A stretch of 63,324 nucleotides of DNA, counting the filler, from Limisphaerales bacterium (GTDB lineage: Bacteria; Verrucomicrobiota; Verrucomicrobiia; Limisphaerales; SIBE01), in NCBI GenBank assembly GCA_044225505.1. It is 7 parts of 7 records of this genome, joined end to end, with 100 filler letters (N's around TTAATTAATTAA, not from the genome) between each part and the next. Parts side by side here need not be neighbours in the genome. Positions count along the whole stretch, not along the records: positions 45,782 to 54,025 come from JBGAIN010000252.1; positions 54,126 to 63,324 come from JBGAIN010000253.1; 5 more parts are not named here. One strand, given 5' to 3'. Below are positions 49,369 through 59,180 of the stretch, piece by piece. The notes beneath the pieces were generated by a model, which saw only the letters and a list, made by a program, of their open reading frames with translations, made no database searches and was not told the origin of the DNA. The stretch's first letter is position 1, and each line of letters opens with the position of its first letter. The position numbers and the translations under genes are program-made.

Positions 49369-50580
49369 TCATGGGAGTTCGCCCAGTTGCCAAAAGAGAA
49401 ACGACCAAACATCCGCGTGATGTTCGTTGAATGATGAGAGCGTGCTGTGAAAATGCCCTTCATCATAATTTACCGAGAGCAAAACGGGACGGCCGCTCGA
49501 AGTCGCCGCACGCAAGCGCGCCGCCATTTTGGCGGGTTGCCAGACATCGACCCGCGGATCGTTGAAGCCGGCGGTCAACAGCACAGCCGGATAGGCGGTG
49601 CCCGGCACGACATGCTCATACGGACTCATGGCGAGCAAGGCCTGGAATCCTTCCTGCGTCTTCACGCTGCCCCACTCCGGAACGTTGGGCGATCCATTCC
49701 GGGTCGCTCCGTCAGCGCGCGCCCTACCAACACGCCTCCAGCGCTCGTCCCTTTGGCCGCTAGCTTCTCGGGCGACGTGTAGTTCGCCTGCATCAAGTAC
49801 TCCGCGCAGGCGAGAAAGTCATCGATCCCGTTCTGTTTGTTCTTTCCTTTGCCCGCCAAGCGCCATTCCTCGCCCAATTCCCCGCCGCCGCGCACATGGG
49901 CGATGGCGTAGACTCCTCCCGCGGCGAACCAGGGCGTGCGAGCCAAGTCAAAATGGGGTGTTTGCGAAATCCCATAAGCGCCATAACCCTCGAGCAGAGT
50001 TGGCCGCCGTCGATCTCGGGCTAGCCCCGTGCGCGCGATGAGGGTCAGTGGGACAGACGCTCCGTCGCGGCTTCGCACATGCACGCGTTCGGCCGTCAGC
50101 CGCTCCGAACCCGAGGGCTCGGCACCAGCCGCCATGAAACGAGAAAACGTCAAAGTGCTCGGCTCCAAGCTGAAGTAAGCGGTCTGCTCGGTCCACGACG
50201 TGAGAGGAAGGATGACGCCAGATTCTCGCGGATCATAAATGATTCGGTCGATAGATCCTAAAACTGGCAACTGGATTTCACGGCGCTCCCCGCCTGGCCC
50301 AGTGTTGATCCGAAAAAGCCGTTGGACGGTCCCATCGCGGAGAGTGTAATAGATCCCGTCTTGTGTGGCCGCGACGCTGTCCAACACGGCGTCGGTTTCA
50401 GGAACGATCGTCTCCGCGCGCGTGAGGTCGGGATGTTCCCAAGGGACCTGGAGCAGCTTCCCGTGCGGCGCATTTTTCTGACTGAGCAAAAGGAGCAATC
50501 GGCCGTGCAAAAAGCACCCCACCACCTCATCGTCGAAGGAACACACCTTGCGCCAAGGAATCTCTCCCGCCCGTCTCGAA
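49369..50580 (-). pseudogene. Prolyl oligopeptidase (S9A) remnant
   Basis: GYGAYG, VRGGGELG, GTSAGG, NDPRV and EGH motifs; internal deletion/frameshift near 49700; N-terminal part absent. Confidence 0.85.
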
Positions 50581-50751
50581 AACGACACGGACACGCTGGA
50601 TTTTGTGAGGAGCTGAGGGGCGGTCATCCGATTGCCCTCCAACGAAGGGGACACGCCAATAGGCGCCGCGCACTCGGAGCAGAATTGCGATTCATCTCAA
50701 GAAAGCGACGGGCGTATCTTGACAGTACCACCAGGATCGCGGGATTTATCC

Positions 50752-51055
50752 TAATGCCATTCGGTAATTCTATTCAGTCCCGGAAGGGACAGAATGAAAG
50801 AAGCCCGGTCGCTTTAGCGCCGGGTGCTCAAGTGAGAGGGCCCAAGCCCCGGAGGGGCGGCTGAGTGCGGCGAGAAAGGGAGTTTGGGTTCTACGACCTT
50901 GTGATCCGCTTAATCTCCGGTTCTTCCGTTCAATGCCACGTCCTCGGCCGTCCCGTCGGGACTTGGAATCGCGCCCATTCGACCTCGGCGTTAAAACGAG
51001 CTATTCTCGAGTTGCCCCATCCGGGGCGCCAGGAGGCAATCACCGAATGGCATTA
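50752..51055. mobile_element. IS4-type MITE, 304 bp
   Basis: TIRs TAATGCCATTCGGT(A/G)ATT (17/18 match); 10-bp direct repeat GGATTTATCC at 50742-50751 and 51056-51065; no transposase; second copy at 63197. Confidence 0.93.
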
Positions 51056-51383
51056 GGATTTATCCCGCAGGAATGTCCGCAGGCACGACCGCGATCGCGA
51101 TGGATTCGAGCGCTGCATCGACGGTCCCGCACCGAAGTCCGCGCGCCAACGAAGGGTCGAGATGCGCCGGTTCGTCTGTTGTCGTCCGGCGGATTCGAAA
51201 TCCGGCGGACCCGCGCGCCAACGAAGGGTGATACTGTCGAGATGCACCCGAGAGCGACCCAGGTCCGGCGAACTGACGGCCACTGTCCGTTCAGCTTCTG
51301 CTTCCCTATCGAGCGATCCAAGCCGGCGCGCAGGAACGCCCAGACCTTGCGTTTCGACACGACGCAAGGAAAAATCACGCCCC

Positions 51384-52232
51384 ATGAACGTCGTAACGAG
51401 AGCTCTTTTGGCAATCCTCCTCTTCACGGTCTGGCCCGCTGGTTGGGTCAAGGCGCAAACGAATCGACCGATTGTCTCGTCGGTCGCGGTCCTGACCATC
51501 CACGTGAGCGATACCAACGTCCATCAGGCTGTGTTCGAGTTCTTGAAAGATGTCCTCAGGCTTCCCCGTCAATATGGTCCCGAGCAACTGGGGCAACGGC
51601 GCTACGCCGCTGTTTACGCCGGCAACCTGTTCATTGAACCGTGCGGGCCCTATTCCAACATGCGCTATCCGGTCCAGGACTTCCAAGCCCTGTTCTATGG
51701 CTTGAATAGTCAATCCGACCAACCCTCGGGCGCCGTCACGAACGCCCTTAACCGGCTCCGCATCCTATGGGAAGCGGTTGGGAACGACGAATTTCGCATT
51801 CAGGATCCAATGTTGAGCGACGGAATCTACCTCGCCCTCAACACCCATCCGACGAGCCCATCGGATCGGGACAAAGAAGCGATATTTCAACACAATTTGG
51901 AGACCAACCAACGTGAGACGTTAGGCATCGAGTACGTGCAGGAAATTTGGCTGGGATACTCCACATCTGGCGAACTCGATCGCTGGGCTGAATTCCTGGC
52001 GGGCTCAGCCAAGGTGGATGCCACGGCCTGGGCCCTGGACAATCATCAACGTCTTCGCCTGGTGAAAAGCGACGTCCGGGGAGTGCAAGGAATCGTGTTT
52101 AAGGTCCGCTCACTGGAAGCGGCGGAAAACTACCTGAAAAAGGCCGAGTGCTTCGGACGGAGGATGGGAGGAAAGATCGAATTGGACAAGAAACGGACGT
52201 TCGGACTGCTGATCTTCTTCTCCGAGGAGTAA
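51384..52232 (+). CDS. Secreted hypothetical protein, possibly VOC/glyoxalase-like
   Basis: Signal peptide ending VKA; alternating beta/alpha pattern (LTIHVSD...FLKDVLRLP; IVFKVRSLEAA). Confidence 0.65.
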   Translation: MNVVTRALLAILLFTVWPAGWVKAQTNRPIVSSVAVLTIHVSDTNVHQAVFEFLKDVLRLPRQYGPEQLGQRRYAAVYAGNLFIEPCGPYSNMRYPVQDFQALFYGLNSQSDQPSGAVTNALNRLRILWEAVGNDEFRIQDPMLSDGIYLALNTHPTSPSDRDKEAIFQHNLETNQRETLGIEYVQEIWLGYSTSGELDRWAEFLAGSAKVDATAWALDNHQRLRLVKSDVRGVQGIVFKVRSLEAAENYLKKAECFGRRMGGKIELDKKRTFGLLIFFSEE

Positions 52233-52448
52233 CTCGCACAAACGGCATCTCCGAGTTGCGTGCGGCCACGAGTCCAAGCTGCTCCTGGGGGACTCATTCA
52301 TCGTCGAGCGGGCCAAGCGTACCCCGCGGATTTCCTCAAAATCGCGGATTCTCCCCATGGATGAAGCGCGGCTGGACTCTAAAGGACCGAAACGTGCGAT
52401 CGGTGTTTGATTCCATTCGCCCTCCAGAGCACAATGGGAGGAAGCCAG

Positions 52449-53759
52449 ATGATAAGACGAATCATTCCCGTCGTTTGCCTCCTCCTGCTTTGGAGACCGG
52501 CCGCTTTCAGCGAGGTCCGGCCCACCGTTATCCGCGATGTCACCTTGATTGACGGAACGGGAAGTGCGCCCCGGATGCACATGACCGTCGTCGTTTCAGG
52601 CCATCAGATCAGCGCGGTGACATCGTCGCGGGAAACGCCAGCAGTGCCAGATGCGCGAGTGATCGAGGGCGCGGGTAAGTTCCTCATCCCAGGTCTGTGG
52701 GACATGCATGTGCACCTGAGTAAAGCGGGCGAGAACAGTCTCCCGCTTTTCATCGCCAACGGCGTCACGAGCGTGCGTGACATGGGCGGCGATTTAGAAT
52801 TGCTGGCGAAATGGCGGGCCGAGATTGAAGCGGGAAAACGGACTGGGCCACGAATCAAAATGGCAGGCCCCATGTTGGAGACCTCAGCCAAGATCGAGCA
52901 GATGAGGCGTGATGCCGGGGTGGAACCCTTCGAACGCTTCCGCATTGGAATCGGCAGTCCCGAACAAGCGGAATCGATCGTTGAGCGATTGGCTCGAAAC
53001 GGGGTGGATTTTTTGAAAATTCGCTCGGTTGCCTCGGACGAGACGTATCGGGCGATAGGTGCTGCGGTGCGCAAGCATGGTCTCACCTTGGTGGGTCATC
53101 CGGTTGCAAGTCCTGAAGAAATGCTTCGCGTTGGGCAGCGCAGCATGGAACATGGTTTCTATCCTCCCTTAGCAAACCGCTCAGCCGAACAGCGGCGCGA
53201 CCTGTTTCGACAGTTCGCGTCGCATGGTATGGCCATGGTGCCGACCTTTGTCGTCGGCGAGGCCCTGCGGGTTCCGTACGCACAAATGAAAGCCATTACT
53301 GAGGACACGGAGGGTCGGCTGGATCCTAGAAGGAAATATCTGTCCGGCTATATCATTGAAGATTGGAAAGAACAGGTAGAGGAGCAGAAAGAGCCATGGC
53401 CTGGATTACAGGAATACTTGAAAACACAACGAGAGGATGTCCGTGCAATGTTCGAAGCCGGCGTGCGCATCATGCCGGGCACAGACACCGCGGTTGTGCT
53501 GATTTGGCCTGGCTCCAGTCTTCACGATGAATTACGAATCTTTGTGCAACAGTTAGGCATGACGCCGATGCAAGCGATCGTTAGTGCCACGCGTACACCC
53601 GCTGAATTCTTCGGTATTCAAGACACCGTGGGCACGGTCGAAAAGGGCAAGATCGCTGATCTCGTGCTACTGGAAGGCGACCCCGTCGAGAACATCACGA
53701 ACATCACTAGAATCGCCGCCGTCATGCAGGGTGGAAAACTTTTCGACCTCGAACGATAA
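52449..53759 (+). CDS. Amidohydrolase-family protein
   Basis: PGLWDMHVH, GVTSVRDMG, GTD and GKIADLVLL. Confidence 0.93.
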   Translation: MIRRIIPVVCLLLLWRPAAFSEVRPTVIRDVTLIDGTGSAPRMHMTVVVSGHQISAVTSSRETPAVPDARVIEGAGKFLIPGLWDMHVHLSKAGENSLPLFIANGVTSVRDMGGDLELLAKWRAEIEAGKRTGPRIKMAGPMLETSAKIEQMRRDAGVEPFERFRIGIGSPEQAESIVERLARNGVDFLKIRSVASDETYRAIGAAVRKHGLTLVGHPVASPEEMLRVGQRSMEHGFYPPLANRSAEQRRDLFRQFASHGMAMVPTFVVGEALRVPYAQMKAITEDTEGRLDPRRKYLSGYIIEDWKEQVEEQKEPWPGLQEYLKTQREDVRAMFEAGVRIMPGTDTAVVLIWPGSSLHDELRIFVQQLGMTPMQAIVSATRTPAEFFGIQDTVGTVEKGKIADLVLLEGDPVENITNITRIAAVMQGGKLFDLER

Positions 53760-53929
53760 GGCCGGAGCGTCGCCACCGCTTCACTCGCACCTCGCGCTGC
53801 CTGAACCGCTTCGTGATCCGGAGAAAGGCGGTGAGAATTATGATTCCACCTTTCGCAGACGGTGAATCCGCTTCCCTAAACCCCGTCAACAGCCCGAACC
53901 CAGAAGGGCCGTAAAGTTCTTGGCGGCCT

Positions 53930-54025
53930 TTATGGGAGCGATTCGGTTTTGAGGTCGATGGCCTTCTGGACTTGTTTCTCAAGAACCACGGAAACGGCCA
54001 TGACGGTCAGACAGAAAAACATGAC
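53930..54025 (-). CDS. C-terminal fragment of a membrane protein
   Basis: VMFFCLTVMAVSVVLEKQVQKAIDLKTESLP*, open from the contig end. Confidence 0.4.
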   Translation of the reverse strand, partial: VMFFCLTVMAVSVVLEKQVQKAIDLKTESLP

Positions 54026-54125
54026 NNNNNNNNNNNNNNNNNNNNNNNNNNNNNNNNNNNNNNNNNNNNTTAATTAATTAANNNNNNNNNNNNNNNNNNN
54101 NNNNNNNNNNNNNNNNNNNNNNNNN

Positions 54126-55160
54126 TAAAGGGCGTCCTGATATTTACTTCGGGAACTTGCACCATATCCGAAGGTAATCCCAGTAGGCGATCCAGGACCG
54201 ATATTTGACCCGGCGCCGAAGCTGTCGATGTAGTAGTCGGGCCATTTGCCGTCACCATTTCGGAAGCCGAATTCGGCGCCACTAATCAGATGATTGACGC
54301 GCGTGGGTCGATACCAGGGATCGCCGATATCCCATTCCATATCGGCGTCATAGGTGAACAGTTCGCCGACCTTATTGATCGCGATATCAAAAGGATTACG
54401 CAGTCCTGCCGCAAGCAATTCCCACTTCGATCCGTCTGGACTCATGCGCGAAATGTAACCCTGAGGCGCAAGCGAATCGTCCATGAATCCCGTAGGCAAT
54501 CGCGGAAGCAACTGGTCTTCGCTCCAGTTATACGGGACGCGCGACACCTCCATCTTCGTGAGTGAACTCTGATTCCCAATCACGACATAGATCGATTGGC
54601 CGTCTGGTGCCAGCACGAGGGAGTGCAGGCCATGTTCACCGCCCGCTTACCTGTCGGAGCAACTCCACTTTGTCGAGTTGGTCGTCGCCATCGGTATCTC
54701 GAACCCGGTAAACGCCATGGGCTAACTTCCCTTCATTCACCGCAACGTAAAGACTATCAAAGGCCCACAGAAGTCCATGGGCAAACCCAACATTGACATT
54801 CACCTTTTCTACCTTCGCCGCCTCTGCATTCGCCCTGGGTAATGTGACTCGGTAGAGAGCCCCGTTTTGGTCACTGACAATCAACCGGCCTTTTCCGTCA
54901 ACGCACATCGACACCCAAGACCCCTGGGTCTCGCGCGGAACCGTATAGAGCAACTCAATCTTAAAATCTTTTGCGACTTTGATCGCCGCCCGCCATTGCG
55001 CGCTGACTTCGGTGCGGGTCGTTGACTTCGACTGAGAATTGGGTTGTTCCGCTGTTTTATCGACGTACGCCTCGGCACGTCCTCCGGAATCGGCGGGTGC
55101 GGCAAACGCACCAACGTCAGCGAACAGAAGGGCGCTGACGCAAAAAAGCTGATGTCGCAT
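54126..55160 (-). CDS. PVC-type heme-binding/sorbosone dehydrogenase-like beta-propeller, N-terminal part, frameshifted
   Basis: [29 protein letters not shown] and GPGSPTG; frame break near 54645; runs off the contig. Confidence 0.85.
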
Positions 55161-55339
55161 AGGGCGTGAAAAGTGAAAATAGGTAGAGCTTGGTGACACT
55201 TGGATCTGGCGCTTTATCTTCAATACTTGTGAACTGGAGAGCTCAGCTTGCCTGACTCGAATCCATCTGCCAAGAAATCCTTCGCTGGTGGCCCAGTCGA
55301 GCATTGGCCAAAGGCCAGCAGTTTGTTACACCTAGCGAC

Positions 55340-57397
55340 GTGAAACTTCCTCTCGCTGCAGTCTTATTAGCCGCTCTGCCTGCAACCGTGGCTTTTGGCG
55401 CAGCGCCCGCCTTGCCCGCCTCTGCTTCATCCAGCACCGCCAGGGAACGAGAGATGCGGAGCCACTGGTGCCAAGAACACTTCTTGGCCCCCAACGTCCC
55501 ACCGCCATTCACGTTTGTCTACGGGGGTAAGACGTCGGACACGCTGCTCCCGAATTGGCAATACGATTCTCAGAGCCGATCACTCGACCCGGCGCGAATC
55601 GAACACCAGATCGCGTGGGTTGATCCCTCCACCGGTCTGCAGGTTCGCTGTACTGCCCTCGAATACATCGAGTTCCCCGTCGTAGAATGGACCGTTTACC
55701 TGGAAAGAACACCGGGACTCAGAACACGCCAGTATTGGAGCACGTGCAGGGACTGGATTTCGCACCATTAACGCCGCCGCGTCCCGGAGAGTTATATGCT
55801 CCCATGGGATCAAGGGGGATTCATGCACCGCCGACAGTTATGAGCCTTTCGTCCTTCCCTTGCGTCCGAACCCGGCTGCGGAATTCGGTCCACCTGACCA
55901 TTCGGAAAGTCTTGCGATGGCCCGGATGGTTGGCCTTACTTCAACCTGCAAGGTCCGGAAGACGGCTTCATCGCGGCCGTCGGTTGGCCCGGGCAGTGGT
56001 CCGCCTCTTTCAGCCGTGATTCAGGGTCAACGCTCCATATTCAAGCAGGCCAACAACGGACCCACATGGTTGTTCGCCCTAACGAGGAGATCCGGACGCC
56101 ACTGCTGGCTCTCTTGTTTTGGGAAGGGCACGATTGGGTTCGGGCTCAGAATCTTTGGCGTCGGTGGTTCCTCGCCCACAACCTGCCACGGATCCAGGGT
56201 CAACCACAACCGCCCGTCACTCAGATTCAGGTCGAGGGCTCGGAAAGAAACATCGGAGAAATACGGGACGTCCTCGCAGCCGGGATTAAGCCTGACATTT
56301 GTTGGCGAGATGCCGGTGGCCCGAACACCTGGTATCCAAGTTCGGGCGGCCCTTACAAAGGCAACGATGCGTGGCTCAATACCGGCACTTGGGAGGTTGA
56401 TCCCGGAAAATATCCCCAGGGATTCAAACCGTTCAGCGATTGGGTCCGGTCCCAAGGCATGCAATTCCTTTTGTGGTTCGAACCGGAACGGGTCGGTGAT
56501 CCCAGTTCGTGGCTAGGCCGTCAACATCCCGAATGGCTATTACCCGGTTCCTCTCATGGCTCAATCCTAAATCTCGGGAATTCGGCGGCCCTCCAATGGC
56601 TGGTCGATCACGTCGACCAAATGATCAAGACGCAGGGACTCGACTGGTATCGAGAAGACATGAACGGAGGTGGCCCGCTCCCAGCTTGGCGCAAGAACGA
56701 CGCTCCTGATCGCCAGGGCATCACGGAAAACTTCTATGTCCAAGGCCACCTAGCGTTTTGGGACGAACTACGACGTCGAAATCCCGGCCTTCACATCGAT
56801 TCCTGCGCGTCCGGCGGGCGCCGCAATGACCTTGAAACGATGCGCCGCGCCGTGCCGTTGTTGCGCAGCGACTTTCAGTTTCCTGACATGCCCGGGGTGA
56901 TTGAAGGAAACCAAGGACATACCTACGGACTTTCATTCTGGCTGCCTTTTCAGGGAACCGGCTGTTACATCTACAGCCCATATGCCCTGCGCAGCTTTTA
57001 TCTCACGGCCTTTGGATCGGGCGGATTGGACCCCGCAACGCTTGCGGCCCAGAAGAAAGCCTACGCCGAATGCGCTGAGGTTGCCCCGTTGATGCTGGCG
57101 GATTACTACCCCTTGACTCCTTACAGCCGGCGAGTCCAGGACTGGATTGCGTGGCAATTCCACCGGCCGGAACGGAATGACGGGATGATCCAAGCCTTCC
57201 GCCGTAACGACTGCGAAACGGCTATTCGATCGTTGCCTCTTTCTGCGCTAAACCCTGCAGCACGTTACGAACTCCGCAACCACGATTTGCCGGACCGAAT
57301 TGTCCGCCTTGGCGCCACACTCATGAGCGAAGGGCTGAGTGTCGAAATCAAAGAAAAGCCTGGGGCCGCTTTAATTACCTATCGGCTTATCGAATGA
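55340..57397 (+). CDS. GH36-like alpha-galactosidase with at least three frameshifts
   Basis: WRDAG, LWFEPE, YREDMN and IDSCASGGRR; N-terminal part split near 55703, 55800 and 55903. Confidence 0.85.
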
Positions 57398-57419
57398 CCC
57401 GGTCTACCCTTGAAAGTTC

Positions 57420-58979
57420 ATGAACGCGATCCTCAACCTGTTACTGTCGCTCGCTTCTGTTTTTTCATTGGAGTGCGCGACGGTCCTCCTTCGAACGGAA
57501 GCGCAAAACACCGCCAGCCTCACGACACCGCCCGCGCTGGGCGACGCCAATTTTCCCACTCCATCGGCCAGCACACGTCATGAGGAGAAGGTCACCGCCG
57601 CCAAGAACCGCCATTACGATCTGGTTCTGATCGGCGATTCCATCATCCACTCGGTCGGCGAAATTGGCGGCAAATATGAACCTCTCCGCGCTGTCTGGAA
57701 CCGGCATTTCGCTCCCCGGCAGGCTCTCAACCTCGGACATAATGGGTATCGCACAGAGCAAATCCTTTGGTGCCTGCAAAATGGGGAACTGGACTTTGCC
57801 GACTCTCCCAAGGTGGCCATCCTCCTCATTGGGACGAACAACAGCGATGACCGTCACTTTGCCAAGGTCCATACCCCGGAGCAAATCTTTGCGGGTACAA
57901 AGGCGATTGTTGACCTGATCCAAGCGCGCCATCCTAAGACGAAGATTCTGATTTTGCGGATCTTTCCCCGAGGCGGTGACAGTGAGGTTGGGGTGAGCCC
58001 GCCGGCTTTCAACTCGTCCGCCCAATGCATCGAAACCTGCCGGCGTGCGGGAGAGCTTACCGCCCGATTAGCCGATGGCCAGCGGGTGTTTTGGCAAGAC
58101 GTGAACTACGTCTTCCTGCACCCGGAAGGGAGCATCAACACCGATTTGCTTTGGGATCTGCTTCACCCCAGCCCGGCCGGGGCCGAAGCATGGGCTCAAG
58201 CGATTGAGCCAACGTTGGCTCAGTTAATGGGTGACCAACCCTTGGCTTGTGATATTCCCACGAACTCCGCCCTGATTCCCGTGCCGAAGCTGGAACAGGA
58301 CAGTTACGATTGGGACGCACGCCACGCCGAGATCTTACGCATCAAAGAAACGATCGCTCCGGAAGTGGTCCTGATCGGCGACTCCATCACTCACTTTTGG
58401 GGTGGTGAACCCAAATCCGGGATCTCCAACGGCCCGATGAGCTGGAGGACAAGCTTCGCTCCATACCGGACGTTAAATCTCGGTTTCGGCTGGGACCGTA
58501 TCCAGAATGTCCTCTGGCGCCTTGACCACGGAGAAATCGACGGAATTCACCCGGGAGTGGTGGTGCTTCACATCGGCACGAATAATACCAGTGAAACCGC
58601 GAACGCCCGCAAGAACACTCCCGCCGAGATTGCCGATGGCATTGCGTCAATTCTCCGACGCCTCAGGGCAAAAGTGCCACGCGCCCGGATTATCTTGATG
58701 GCGGTTTTTCCACGAGAAGAGAAACCAGACCATCCCAGACGCCAACAGATCGTCGATATCAACAAGCAACTCGAAAAGTTCGGCCAACTTCCCGGCGTGC
58801 ATTTTCTCGATATCGGCCAGGCTTTGCTCCATCCTAACGGTGATCTTTCCGCTGCCATTATGTCAGACTACTGTCATCCTACAGAGAAGGGCTACCAGAT
58901 TTGGGGTCAAGCCCTCGCCCCGCTGCTGATCACACGAAACGATGAGGACACCCACACGGCGCCGCCTCCCAGGCCGTGA
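57420..58979 (+). CDS. Tandem two-domain GDSL/SGNH esterase
   Basis: Two copies of IGDSI...IGTNN...DxxHP. Confidence 0.93.
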   Translation: MNAILNLLLSLASVFSLECATVLLRTEAQNTASLTTPPALGDANFPTPSASTRHEEKVTAAKNRHYDLVLIGDSIIHSVGEIGGKYEPLRAVWNRHFAPRQALNLGHNGYRTEQILWCLQNGELDFADSPKVAILLIGTNNSDDRHFAKVHTPEQIFAGTKAIVDLIQARHPKTKILILRIFPRGGDSEVGVSPPAFNSSAQCIETCRRAGELTARLADGQRVFWQDVNYVFLHPEGSINTDLLWDLLHPSPAGAEAWAQAIEPTLAQLMGDQPLACDIPTNSALIPVPKLEQDSYDWDARHAEILRIKETIAPEVVLIGDSITHFWGGEPKSGISNGPMSWRTSFAPYRTLNLGFGWDRIQNVLWRLDHGEIDGIHPGVVVLHIGTNNTSETANARKNTPAEIADGIASILRRLRAKVPRARIILMAVFPREEKPDHPRRQQIVDINKQLEKFGQLPGVHFLDIGQALLHPNGDLSAAIMSDYCHPTEKGYQIWGQALAPLLITRNDEDTHTAPPPRP

Positions 58980-59180
58980 TCCGCAATGGCCATCTCCAAG
59001 TGCCGCAGACCGCCTCGAGAGCTCACGCTGGGATCGGCCGTAGCCGGGAGCGAGATGCTGAGCAAGGAGTGTGGGGGAAACCTGCTCCCTCCCAGACCCG
59101 TCGAAGCGGGTGCCAGACTGGAAGTCCATCGGGAACCAGACCTCCGAGTGTTTCGCGGAACGACACTTTTCTTTACGCGC

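Noticed and set aside
51139..51229. Possible mini-CRISPR (72-bp period)
   Set aside because: Only two 19-bp copies, no cas genes, and the intervening DNA is itself a hairpin.
52232..52440. Possible integron attC site between co-oriented genes
   Set aside because: Hairpins are present, but no convincing RYYYAAC/GTTRRRY ends and no integron integrase.
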